Of a stretch of 64,000 bases of DNA, positions 32,454 through 43,673 are shown piece after piece (positions within the stretch are counted from its first letter, which is position 1; the number at the start of each line of letters is the position of its first letter). Position numbers and translations under genes: made by a program. The stretch is from NCBI GenBank assembly GCA_047495785.1, contig JBLDXI010000032.1:1054001-1118000 (forward strand), given 5' to 3'. This DNA comes from Lepidodermella squamata (lineage: Eukaryota > Animalia > Gastrotricha). The notes under the pieces are model-generated. The model was not told the origin of the DNA and did not search any database. It saw only the letters and a program-made list of their open reading frames with translations.

Positions 32454-33017
32454 ATGATCAAGTCCGTATTTATATGGCTAATATACGAGCTTTCACTTGC
32501 TATTTGCTCACCAGTCTTCATCCCGGGGATAAATCTCAATATTTCACGAAATGACTCAGACTACGACCTTGTGCCGCAGCGAATCGAAGATTACAGCGAA
32601 GAAACGACAACGCCCGGCAGCGACGTATTCGCCACGACTGAATTCATCCTCCGAAAACCGTCCCATCCAACTTATAACCTGAACTACGTCGCGCTCATCG
32701 CCGTTGTAATCGCATGTGTAGCCGTTGTCGTGATTCGATTTTTACTTCACGATCTATTCGGCACGTGGCCTTGCTGTTCATGCCTAAGACGCCGCAGTCT
32801 ATCGAACGATGCGCACAATGATGCGCATAATAACTTTTGCGACGGTCATTCGGGGGATTTTCATTCGGTTGTCACGAACCCGGAAAATGTTGTCCGCCTT
32901 GTGGCGCCTGATCTCAGCGATGGCTTTGCTCAGCTTGCGGCGAGTGAAGCTCTTCGCAACAACGAAAAACCGCCGTCTTATGCCGAGGCCCTTTTATGTG
33001 CTCGGCAGGATGACTAG
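32454..33017 (+). CDS. Array gene 20: short type I membrane protein without the family ectodomain; Cys cluster and PPxY
   Basis: Signal-like N-terminus; TM YVALIAVVIACVAVVVI; WPCCSC; EKPPSYAEA. Confidence 0.8.
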   Translation: MIKSVFIWLIYELSLAICSPVFIPGINLNISRNDSDYDLVPQRIEDYSEETTTPGSDVFATTEFILRKPSHPTYNLNYVALIAVVIACVAVVVIRFLLHDLFGTWPCCSCLRRRSLSNDAHNDAHNNFCDGHSGDFHSVVTNPENVVRLVAPDLSDGFAQLAASEALRNNEKPPSYAEALLCARQDD

Positions 33018-33492
33018 AAATCGTTTTCCTCGTCTATTTTTGCACTTAATATATATAGTAGCAGATATTGATTCCCTGAATTTTTTAAATTTTAAGAAGG
33101 ACTTTTTTATTTAAAATTTAAAGTGAAAATTTGAATTGAATTTTTAAATTTTCAATATTTTTAAGGCGGCATTTTTAATTTTCAATTTTAATTGAAAAAA
33201 TCAGGGAATCAATTTCAAGTTACTTGAATTGTTCGATGATTCACTCGATTGCTCAGCAATCCGCTCAAATTTTGCTGAAAAAAATCTATTATTTAGTCTC
33301 AGAATAGCTCACACATTTTATACGGTGAAAACTCACTCGACTTCATTTTAGAAGAAATATTCAGACTTGTGCTTTCCTTGTTGTGGTTTTTTCATAAATT
33401 TGATTCTCACTCGAATAAAGAAGGACATTTTTAATTATTTTTTTTAGGTTTTTTATATGAATTTTTATGATATTTTGCGTTGATGCGACTAA

Positions 33493-36400
33493 ATGCAAGC
33501 CGGCGGTGGGCATTACATGCGGGAGAACGAGCTGGAACCTCACGTTCAACGCGAGTTGGAGCCAGGCGAGGAGGTGCTACCCGGCGATGATGGCGATGGC
33601 GAGATTGTAGTTGAAGATGAGGAAGAAATCGAAGATATCGAACCGCGGTGGTCTGAGCCGGTCAACGACCAGCACCACCACCACACCCAACAGCACCACG
33701 GCCACCCCCCGGCGCCTGGTCAGCAAACGTCAATGACGTGGCCGTTTCTACCCAATTGCCTTGCCCTAGTTTTCAAGCAAACGAATTGTGCCGTTCATTC
33801 ACTTGCGTTGAAATCGAGTAATTTATGCCGAAATTGTTCGTCTCGCTTGGTTGGAATTTGCCCTAACTGCCAGGCCAAGTCGCAACAGCAGTACCCTAAC
33901 ACAGCCATGCTACCGCCTAGTCATCACCAAAACACGCATTCTCATTTGAACGCTGCTCTCGAGTCTGATATTGGCTATCGAATTTATAAGGCTTTTCGAG
34001 ATGTTAATCGCAAGTATTTGTGTTGGCATCGTGATTTAGCGAGGTGTTTAAGGCGGCTCGAGTATATCGGATTCATTCAACCGTGTACGGTTCTAGTCGC
34101 TACGGCGGGTGGCGATGATTGGTTGGACGTGCTAAAACGATGCTGGGCTCAACAATTGCTGGTTTCACCCCCTTCCTACTCGTTGGATATTCTCGGTAAA
34201 TTTTTTTGAATTTTCTAAAATCCTGGGAAATTCTGATTTTGGGGTCTTATCAAGTTTCAGGTTGAATTTGAATTTGGGATGTAAAAAGTGGTGTTTTTCA
34301 GCTTTTTTTTTAAGAAAAATTTATCTTTCATAGTTTTCTCGACATTCTCGATCTTCAAGTCAAGTTTTCAAGTTGATGAAAAATTATTTTGCATTTTTGC
34401 AGAATTTTGGTACTCAATCATAAAATGACGAAAAATTCCTCAAGGAAGAGCGAATATATTTGAATTTCTTTCGCCAAATTAAACTCCGATATTCGTGAGG
34501 TTTTATAATCGCCAATTTTTCTGGTTTGAGATCGGCTAACCTGCTCAAGCCCGATTTTTATTCAACCTGATTGGTATAAAATTTGGAAAAAATCAGATCA
34601 TAAAATTATTGTTGTACCGGGCGAACTTCGTTCAGTAAATAGGAAGGCCCAAGAGAAATTATACCGTTTTAGAAAAAGCAACAGGAATAATGAAAATTAA
34701 GCAAAGACAAAGACATATCAATCTATTTCAGCGATGCGTGCCATTGCTAGTGACAGTGCGTCGACAAATTTAACAAAATGGAACACCCTCTGTCAAATCC
34801 GGCTGTAGTAGATGTTCCGTTTGATTGCCCTCCTGATTTCTTAGGTTAAATTTGCGGAATTCGTACTCGGAATTTGAAAGCTGAACAAAGTAGATAATGA
34901 CGCATTTAGAAATGACAGATATAATGACAGGCTTTCATATCAATTACCGATTTGAAAAACACGTCTAATTGACTTGGACCGTACTTTTCACCACGTATAC
35001 TTCTGAATCTAAAATAGCTTTAATAATCGAAAATATGAGTGCATGACATACAGCCAAGGTAGTCTAATTAGAGTTCATAGAACTGCTTCAACGAGGCGTG
35101 TAATTTTCCTCTCATCATTTCCCTTCATTTAAGAGAATTTTTTTCTGGTCGAATATTCCAAGTTGAAAAATTATTGAAGCGTTATACTTTCAATTTGACG
35201 AAAAATTTTAAATTTAATTTTTTACAATTCACCTCTATTTTTGTGATTTTTAGCCGAAATTCAAGGCTGCTCAATGCAGTCGGTTTGCCAATCGTCCGCC
35301 GTCAATTTAATCGACGCAATCTGCGGCGTAATTTGCGATCTCGCCTTCACCACCCTACCATCAACCCTGGACGTAATCTACGCAACCGTTACCAATAAAT
35401 ACGCCGCTTGTGGCGCCGATATACCCCCAATTGGCGTTTTCAACGACATGCTGTCATTTCTGGTCGCTAAACGGCGAGTTATCCTCTCGCCGAATGGCTC
35501 ATACCGCATGGCGCCGCGGGAAAGTTTCGCCCATCGGCACGGCGAAAACGGGCACGGGCACCGGTCTAGGCTTCAAAACCACGCCAGCCCGAACCAGGTT
35601 GCCGGGAATAATCTACCGGTCACGAATCATCAGAGCCATTACCAAACAACGTTGAGCCAGCCGAAGCAAAACGACCAGCCGACGTCGATTTTTCGCCGAA
35701 TTTTTCGGAAACGATTCTTCGGCCGGGCGAAAAGTCGCGATTCGACGCCGCCGCCTAACAGCAGCAATCAAACGGGCGATTTATCGGGTCAAACCCATCG
35801 CCATTACTCATCGTCCCCACCGCCGCCGGCTGCTGCTGTAGTTATCGGCTCGTTGCCCAACCAAATGGGGCCGTTATCGATTGTTACGAGTAGTAGCAAC
35901 AACCTGTTGCCGTATAGAGGCGCCGGGCCGCATTTAGTCCAGACGACAGCCGCCTCCTTAATTCAACCCCGCCCGCCTGGTTTATTCGACTGCTACAACA
36001 CCGGCGCGGTGCCATCCGTTTCTTGCTCGACTAATACGATGATGTCGACGGACCACCGGCCGTTCCACCCTAATAGAAAATCAGGCCGCAACCACCACCA
36101 CTACCCGCGTGGCTTGAGGCGGTGGACGAACCAGGAGCCGAAGCTAGAAAACGGGGGCGGAGCGTCGGCGCCGTATTCAACGCCGACCTCAGCGTATTTA
36201 TCCGCGTCGGTTAACAACATGACTATGGACCAGGGTGCGTACAGCTCGAATTCAGCCCCGCTGACTGACATCGGCCTCGGCCCAGCGATGTGTGACGAGG
36301 GCTACGAGGGCGGCCTGGCTAGCGGGTTTCAGGTCGAAAGTACTACTACTACGAAGCCGCAGGAGGAGAAAATTGAGGAGGATCTCCGCTCAATGACGTC

Positions 36401-36935
36401 ATCCGGTTCATCGTCGAGTTGGAACTCGAGCGAAAACAACCACGAGGAGGAGGAAATCGACCCGCCTGAGCTGCGGCCGCCGTCCGCTGAAGACTTCGAC
36501 AATCTCGAGCGGAATTTGAACGCAACTTGCGCGAAAATTGTCACGGCTGAGTTGGATTCGTTGATTGAACGCTACCGGCTGTTAGCGACGACAGTTCTAA
36601 GCCAAACCGCGCCTGTTGTCACGACAACAACTGCGACAGCTGGCGAGGCTAGTAACCTAGATAACACGTCTCGAGCGTCGACTGGTACGCTGTTTTCAGT
36701 CGGCGATTATATGGTGTATTCAGCCGGGTTGATGGTGGACCATGACGACCAGGTAATACCCGAATCGGGCGCGAACCAGCTGATTTCAGTCGCTGTACCG
36801 CCGCAGCAGTACGCGGCTGATAGCGTTGTTCAAACGACAACTACGGTTATAACTATTGAAGACAGCGATGATGGCGGTGAGTTAAGGGCCGATTCGCTCA
36901 AAGTCGACGCTGGTCAGGCGATTTTTGGCGCTTGA
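33493..36935 (+). CDS. STOX: Storkhead-box winged-helix protein (STOX1/2, Drosophila knockout, C. elegans ham-1 family); exons 33493-34195 and 35254-36935, ~794 aa
   Basis: CLALVF...GYRIYKAFRDVN...WHRDLARCLRRLEYIGF...LDVLKRCWAQQLLVSPPSYSLDIL matches the STOX1 N-terminal region. After a 1058-nt phase-1 GT-AG intron, MQSVCQSSAVNLIDAICGVICDL...LVAKRRVILSPNGSYRMAP matches the storkhead domain ([23 protein letters not shown]...LIKERKIYHTGEGYFIVTP). Confidence 0.88.
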
Positions 36936-37655
36936 GAGAGAGAGATTTTTACGCTGAGTTAGTGATTTTGAGATATGCATTTTGTAAAAATAGAAAAAAA
37001 TATTTCAGCGACGAGATTTAACGCTGCTCAAGTGCTTGAATGATGAAAAACGACGTATTTTTCTCTCTTTTTTTCTTCCGATTCTGTTTTTATATCCTCT
37101 TAACCTTTCAAATTTTATGAAATTTCGGCTACTTGGTGCTGGTTATATAAAACTGTTAGTTTCTTTTGTATATATCTTGACGGTCTTTACCGGTATTTTT
37201 GGGGTTTCGCCGTGACAGAAATAAAGTATTCTGAAATTATATATTATGCAAAATCTACAGCCTCCTTAATGCACTGACTGAAAATGCAGCAAATTGTTTT
37301 GTATCCATGACAAAATGAAATGATTTTACGTGTGTGAAGAATTTTAGTAGATACCGATTGATTTTTTTTGTGATTTTTCGAAATATATTATATAAAACTT
37401 CCTATTAGCGAATATTGAATTACTGCTCTATATTGTAGACCCGAGATTTTTTTGTTTGTTGAATCGGCAAAAGCGTGTGATTTTTTTCGAGTTTTTAACC
37501 GAGGTTAAATCAAAGTTTATTATCAAATGATTTTATCACAAATATATAATATACCTGCCGAACGCGTGTTTGTATGTCGAATAAAAAGTTGGATTTTTGG
37601 CATTAAATATTTTTCTAATTTTTTAGATTTTAATTTGTTGTGTTTTTTTCTAAAA

Positions 37656-39113
37656 ATGACGAGGAATAAGCCTCACGCCGTTGCTGGAAATGAGGAGGAA
37701 ATGAAAAAGCAGCCTCACTCTTTCGTTTTCTCGAAGGGCAAAGTTGGTCGGTATGTTCGCCAACTCGTCCGTGATATGAGGACTATAATGGAGCCTTTTA
37801 CCGCTACAAAATTGAAGGTAAAAAATTGACTTCAATCGGAATTTTTATGAATTTTTTAAATCTTTTTCAAGGCGAAAAGGCAAAATGTGTTGAAAGATTT
37901 CGTGCAAGTCGCTGGCGTTTTGCACGTGTCGCACCTGTTGGTATTCACGAAGAGCGACGAACACCTTAATTTGCGAATAATTCGCCTGCCCCACGGCCCG
38001 ACCCTAACATTCCGAGTTGAAAGTTACACGCTGGCCCGTGACGTGATATCCTCCTTAAAACGCTACCACACCGAACATTCAAACCTGCTACACGCCCCGC
38101 TGCTCATTCTCAACAATTTCGTGAATGCAGCAGCGGCTGAAAATGCGGCGAAAAACACCGCCGGCCCGACTATGGAGAATCACATGAAGCTAACCGGGTC
38201 GATTTTCCAGTCGATGTTCCCGTCAATCAACGTTAACACGCTGAAATTGTCGCAGATGAAACGCTGTTTCCTGGTGAATTACGACAGCGAGGCTGAGACA
38301 TTTGACCTGCGCCAATATGCTGTTCGAGCGGTGCCAGTCGGAATTTCCCGCCCGTTGAAAAAACTTCTGGTCTCGTCGAATAAAGTGCCAGATTTGAGCG
38401 CCTACAAAGACGCGAGTGAGTTTCTGCTGAAATCAGGCCAGTTATCTGAATCTGAGGCCGAATTGGACGGTCCGGCGAATGAGGTGCAGTTGACGCAGGA
38501 CATTGGCGGGCGGGGTAATATGAAGAACAACACATCGGCTATTCGGTTGTTTGAAATGGGCCCGCGGTTGACGTTGCGTTTGCTCAAAATTGAGGAGGGT
38601 ATCTCGAACGGCGAGGTGTTGTTTCATTCTTATGTGCAGAAATCGCCCGAGGAGATTGATAAGTTGCGTAAGGCGATTCATAGCCGTAAATCGGTCAAGG
38701 CGGCTCGTCGCCACCAGCAGGAGTTGAATGTTACGCGTAAGAAGAACGCGCAACAGGAGAAGGATGACAAGAAGGCGGAGGCGAAGCGGCGGCGGATGGA
38801 GCGTGCGGCTGAGCGCATTGCTAGGTCGCATGGAAAGGCCGAGGATGAGGTCGGCAGCGAGCCGGAGGATGATACCGAGTACTACCGGCAGGAGTTGGGC
38901 GTCGAGCCGGAGCCGGAACTTTTCGGCCGTGGGAATAAAAAAATGCCGCCGGCTGGTGGTGATAATAACAAGCGTCGGGTTAAATTCGACATTCCGGCTA
39001 AAAAATTGGAGGGAAAGGAGAAGGGTGACAAGGTGCCGAAGGTGCCCGGTGGCGGGGTGACGAAGAAACCGGCTGGTCAGTTCTTCCGGAAAGCTGCTAA
39101 GCATTCGAAATAG
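37656..39113 (+). CDS. PPAN: Peter Pan / SSF1 homolog (Brix-domain ribosome biogenesis factor); exons 37656-37817 and 37872-39113
   Basis: PHSFVF..G.VG....QLVRDMR.IMEPFTA..LK, NVLKDFVQVAGVLHVSHL, LPHGPTLTFRV..YTL.RDV, FQSMFPSINV, SESEAELDG, SAIRLFEMGPRLTLRLLKIEEGI..GEVLFH; 54-nt GT-AG intron. Confidence 0.95.
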
Positions 39114-39475
39114 AAAAAAACAACCTGCAATTGTTTTGCTTTGAAATATTCGGCTCAATCTGAATGGCGAAATATGCTGTTTATTTGCAATAAAATCACG
39201 AAAAAGGTCGATTACGATGCGTTATTTCTTTTTCGTTTTCGAGCTTGAAGATTAAACTTGAAAAAACGGAGAATATGAAACTTTAAGGAGTTGCCCAATA
39301 TTGCACCTCGCCACATTTTCCGACCGTCCCAACCTGATATGTGAATAGCGTTGTAAAGTGAGGCTCGATAAGAAGACCTAATAGATAACGCTATTCCGGC
39401 GCAGGAATTTACGGCGGCATAAATGGAAAACGGAGCAAATTTTTATCAAGTTGTGGTGGGCAGTCATTCCAAAAC

Positions 39476-39856
39476 CAGAGCTGGAAGCAGATAGCTATTT
39501 TCCAACCCAACTTGACCCATAACCAGGCCGGGATTTTCTCGCGAAACCCAACTCAAACCGGTTGGTAATAACCGGTAATACCTCTTATACCTTATTTCTT
39601 TGACAAATTGTAGGTAACTTGGAAAATATCATTGGGAATCATCATTTTTCTTCAAAGCTACACTTCTTACTCCTGTTGCAGCTCCCAGAGCCATCGTCAA
39701 TGCAACAACGCATTTTTCTATTATCCACGCAACTTTTTCGCTTATGGTATGATTTCCCGGTCGTTTTTTGCTCTAACCGGCCTTGACCCAAACCTGACCC
39801 ATATCGGTAACCAGTTTCTCTACCTGCCGGTTTAGCACAACCTGTTTCCACCTCTG
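39476..39856. mobile_element. Non-autonomous TIR element (hAT-like termini)
   Basis: CAGAGCTGGAAGCAG at the left end is an imperfect inverted repeat of CTGTTTCCACCTCTG at the right end. The interior is rich in ACCCA/ACCGG. The same right terminus recurs near 57390-57405. No clean TSD. Confidence 0.5.
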
Positions 39857-40151
39857 TCCCAACGGCTGGCGAGCCTTATTTTGCTTGTCTTGAGCCTATC
39901 GATTGTCCTGCGCGTGACCGGCTGGGACAAGGTTGGGATTTTCGAATATTTACCACGAATTCCATATTTTTAAGTAGCGCTCGTTGTTTATGCTTGTTGC
40001 CGCACAAAGCAAATTCAGTCGAATTGCAACGCTGTCCGATTCATTTTCCTCTTGGTTTGATCAACAAAACCTTCACGCTATCGCTAAGTTCGTTCGCTCA
40101 GACCGCGTGTCACCCGCATTATGTTTTACTAGCCATTCATGCGAGAATATA

Positions 40152-40868
40152 CACAAGAAAAAAAATGGTCCGAATTCGGGGGATGCATAATTGATCTTTA
40201 CAAGCAATTCTATCATCCGAATTCATACCCCTGGGGCCTGCTAATTCGGGGGGTTAACTATGTAAGGTCCGAATTTAGGGGTTCAAAATTAATTATTCTC
40301 ATAGGCATAAATTCGGACCTTGGCAATTAATTAATGCAATTTTTGAAAAAAATCTGTCAATATTCAGCGAATATTTTATAGTTTTAAAATGATATTTATT
40401 TTTCAAAATTCAAGTATACCTGGTTTTACCAGGCAACAAGGTAACTGATGGCTCCGATACCCTATGAGGTAACCGGGGACATGGGTCAGAGATTCTCCAC
40501 CCAGGACTACCCGGCAACAAGTGAAACTACCAACCACAACACTATTACCAAGTTCCTTGCATGAATCTAAGTGATTGTCGATTGTGAATCTATGCCAATT
40601 TTTCAGCGAGTGGACCTTCGTTCATGAATACGATTCTGACTCGGTGCCTAATTAGCATATGCACACATGAAATATTACAAAAATTATGGAATTTTTGATT
40701 CAATTATTCATCCCCTAATATCATACCGCCTAATTCGGGGGATGCTTAATTAGTATGGTATGAATTCATAGCTCTGAAAAAACAGCACTTTGCAACCCCC
40801 TGATTTTAGGGCCTACCCCTGAATTCAGATGGAGCACCCCCTGATTTCGGACCATATTTTTTCTTGTG
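40152..40868. mobile_element. MITE with CAC...GTG termini and TA flanks
   Basis: TA|CACAAGAAAAAAAATGGTCCGAATTCGGGGG ... CCCCCTGATTTCGGACCATATTTTTTCTTGTG|TA; internal AATTCGGGGG subrepeats. Confidence 0.85.
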
Positions 40869-40969
40869 TACCTTAGAAATAAAACCTATCATTAAATATT
40901 ATAATTTCGGGTTTTCCGAAGAAAAATCATTATTACAACGGCAAAGCATTACAGGAAAGTCCCTATTTC

Positions 40970-42996
40970 ATGGCTCAGTTTAACCCGGATCTGGCTGCCC
41001 TTCCGGCTCCGCTGTACAACATCCATGGCAATATAGCTACGAATTGGCAAGGAATCGAACCTATGGATATGAATGCTGACGAAGCGGTAAGTGATAGCCT
41101 GATTGCCCTGACTTGCCAGTCATTGTTTCAAATTATTTATGGGCCTCATTCTACAAAAGACAACATTTTGATAGAGATTTAGGACTAGTAAAAATCGAAA
41201 GTTTTGCAGGGTGGCTCATCGTGGTTTTGTTGGATAGGCCATCTTAAATATCGCCGTTTTCAGCTAAATCACAGGCGTAGTCCGCCTAGTAAGGTCATTT
41301 GTCATTATTAGTTTTAGGTCATATAGTTTATATAGCAGCTCAGTCATAAAGGTTGGACAGAGCGCATTTCGAAAATTGAATTTGAAAACTATAAATAGAT
41401 AATATATATAACTCAGAGGCTTTAGTAGGCTCACCACCACAGCGTAGCAGAAATCAACCAAAGTGCAACAAAAAATTTAATACTTTGCAGCACACATTTT
41501 TGCAACACGCGACCTTGCTTTTTAGGCATCAGTGAAACAAGTAAATTCAGGCAGATGTTATCGGGGTCGCGGAATCCGACCGTGGTATTCGTTTAAATTT
41601 CAGGAACGTCGATACCGGGTAAACCGGGTAAAAACGGGTAAAACCGGGGTAAAATATGAAAATCGTCCCTTTCGGTTTTCATATTCGGACTGAGCGTGAA
41701 AAACTACCCCTATCCTATATCTTCTTGGTATATCGCACTTACAAGTTACAGAAATAATTCATGTGTTGCAATTTTATCCTGCTGCAAATTGGTTGTTTTG
41801 TGTTGCGCTTTGTGTGTGCTGTTGCGTTTTGTGAATGCTTTAGTAGGCATTCACATGAACGGGGTCAGTCACGTCGTCTTCGTCGTCTTCAATTTTAGAA
41901 TCAACTTCGGCAAGCAAATGATATCATCCCTAACGATGATCTGAACCTTTGGCGTGGCGACTTTCGTGGCATTGGATTATGCCGCTTGAGTTTTGACATC
42001 ACGCATGGCATTCCGGAGTATCGGCATTGGCAATATGTGATCGCTATGCCGGCAGTTGTGTGCCTTCATTCCACGCGACAAGTTTATGACGTGAGCAAAT
42101 GAAAAGCTTGTTCGTTCAATTATGCAATCATATTCATTCATTTAAAGCTTCCAGTAAATTTGGCTAGGCACTTCAGGGAAGGATTGAACGGGCAAGAATT
42201 AGACACTTACACCAATCACGTTTTCGGGGTTTTCATGGAGACACCGACCGTCGACATACTGATCGGGGTGGTTTTCGCTCAGTTCTATGACCAGCAATCC
42301 ATTGTGAGCAATCGAAAACGCGTGAATTTCCAGTACCTGTACTGTGCCAAGGCTGCTGATCTGCCGCAAGAGCTCACGCAATACGCAAAGTCGGTTTTTG
42401 TTCGTTCGATCCTCAACTTTCTTGATCTTCTTCGCCGCTGTAATTACGAAACTGCGCATTTTACAGCCACGAACGAAACGGACGCTCCGTGGTGCCGTGG
42501 AATTATTGACCAGGCTGTCGACCAGGGGATCGCTATCGATCGCGGAGACGTGGGTGGTCGAATTTACGATTTATGGAACTATTTGAAAAGGACATGCATT
42601 CGAAGAAAAATTGCGACGATTCCCATCTTCCACGGCGACACTCTGCAGCGTGCATTTGAAGGTGACATTGTTAGGCTCACAGAAGCGGGGCAATTCAACG
42701 AAAATAAGATGTGGCTCGCCGTGAACAGAACAACAAGGGCAGAACAATGCCGTAAATTTGTCGCTGAACTTGGGTCACGCAGCCGTGGTGTGGCTGATGC
42801 AGAGCTCGAGCCCTTGTGCAGGCATTTTGAAGCACCCCAAGTCAATCAGGATCAGGAAGCTATTTTTGACAGTTTGGACATTTTTGAAGCGACCTGCGCG
42901 ACTCGATCGTTGACTTTCAACACCGTAGCTCAGGCGAGGTCTTCGACAGATTTTATTATCAGCCAAGGATATTGGACGACTCCAGTAATACGATAG
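40970..42996 (+). CDS. Stand-alone CBP/p300 (KAT11) HAT-like protein, copy A, predicted catalytically dead; exons 40970-41086, 41899-42090, 42148-42996 (~385 aa)
   Basis: Colinear with the p300 HAT domain: YTNHVFGVFME/YRTKALFAFEE, QFYDQQ..SNRKRVNFQYL/QEYGSD..PNQRRVYISYL, NFLDLLRRCNYETAHF/GYLEYVKKLGYTTGHI, WCRGIIDQAV/WYKKMLDKAV, IPIFHGD/LPYFEGD, LTFNTVAQARSST/LEFSSLRRAQWST. Phase-0 GT-AG introns keep the frame. Confidence 0.8.
41431..41836. mobile_element. Small insertion with degenerate TIRs in intron 1 of HAT-like copy A
   Basis: Flanked by a direct repeat GCTTTAGTAGGC (41419-41430 and 41837-41848). AAAGTGCAACA...TGCAGCA...TTGCAACAC is mirrored at the right end. It is absent from the paralogous intron copies near 45420, 50300 and 55880. 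Confidence 0.6.
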
Positions 42997-43673
42997 AGAT
43001 GATAGAGCGCTCACTCGCAGCTAAGAGGGTGGAACGCTATGGGCACGAGATGGTAGGGGATTAATTCATTGTCCTGGGGGATCGATCGATTGCACTTATC
43101 GCTCGATTTCTCGCTTCGATTGCTGGGGCCGCAGCTGGGCGTCGGGTCATTTAAACTTTGAAAGACGACGGATTTTTTGGTACCAAATTTGGTCCAGAAA
43201 TCTGTTCAGAAATGGTTGAAAGGTGGCCGAGAAGTAAAATTGAGACAATCGCATTTCTCTTTCCAGGTAATTAACACCTGAAAACAAGGTGAAATTGAAG
43301 GATGTTTTGCAGCCATTTTGTTCGCCAGGTCGAGACGATCATTTTGACACCTGATTTAGATCTGCGGACGCCATATTTCGATCGCTACAAATCGAATCCG
43401 AAATTAAAATACCTTTAAAATTTTACTTCTCGGCTGCCTTTCAACCAGTTCTGAAAAGATTTCTGGACCAAATTTGGTACCAAAAAATTCGCCGTCTTTC
43501 AAAGTTTAAATTACCCGACGCCCAGCTTCGAAGCGAAAAATCGAGCGATAAGTGCAATCGATCGAATTGTAATTAGTTCAGTTTTTTCCGCCAGGACAAT
43601 GAGTTAATCCTACCATCTGGTGCCCATAGCGTTCCACCCTCTTAGCTGCGAGTGAGCACTCTATCATTACTAT
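42993..43673. mobile_element. Foldback element / MITE with ~250-bp inverted arms
   Basis: ATGATAGAGCGCTCACTCGCAGCTAAGAGGGTGGAACGCTATGGGCAC... is mirrored by ...GTGCCCATAGCGTTCCACCCTCTTAGCTGCGAGTGAGCACTCTATCAT. The arms continue inward through TTTGGTACCAAATTTGGTCCAGAAATC. Confidence 0.9.

Noticed and set aside
4609-33017. Viral origin of the array (intronless glycoproteins with late-domain-like PPxY)
   Set aside because: No viral hallmark genes, LTRs or integration boundaries. The neighbouring host gene Pellino is also intronless, and the array is continuous with host genes.
34165-34180. PPSY in the Storkhead gene as a sign of array membership
   Set aside because: It aligns with the conserved STOX segment (RPPRGF in STOX1), and the protein has no TM.
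38442-39158. 238-aa antisense ORF over PPAN (and 243-611 over CTR9)
   Set aside because: Antisense shadows of conserved coding sequence.
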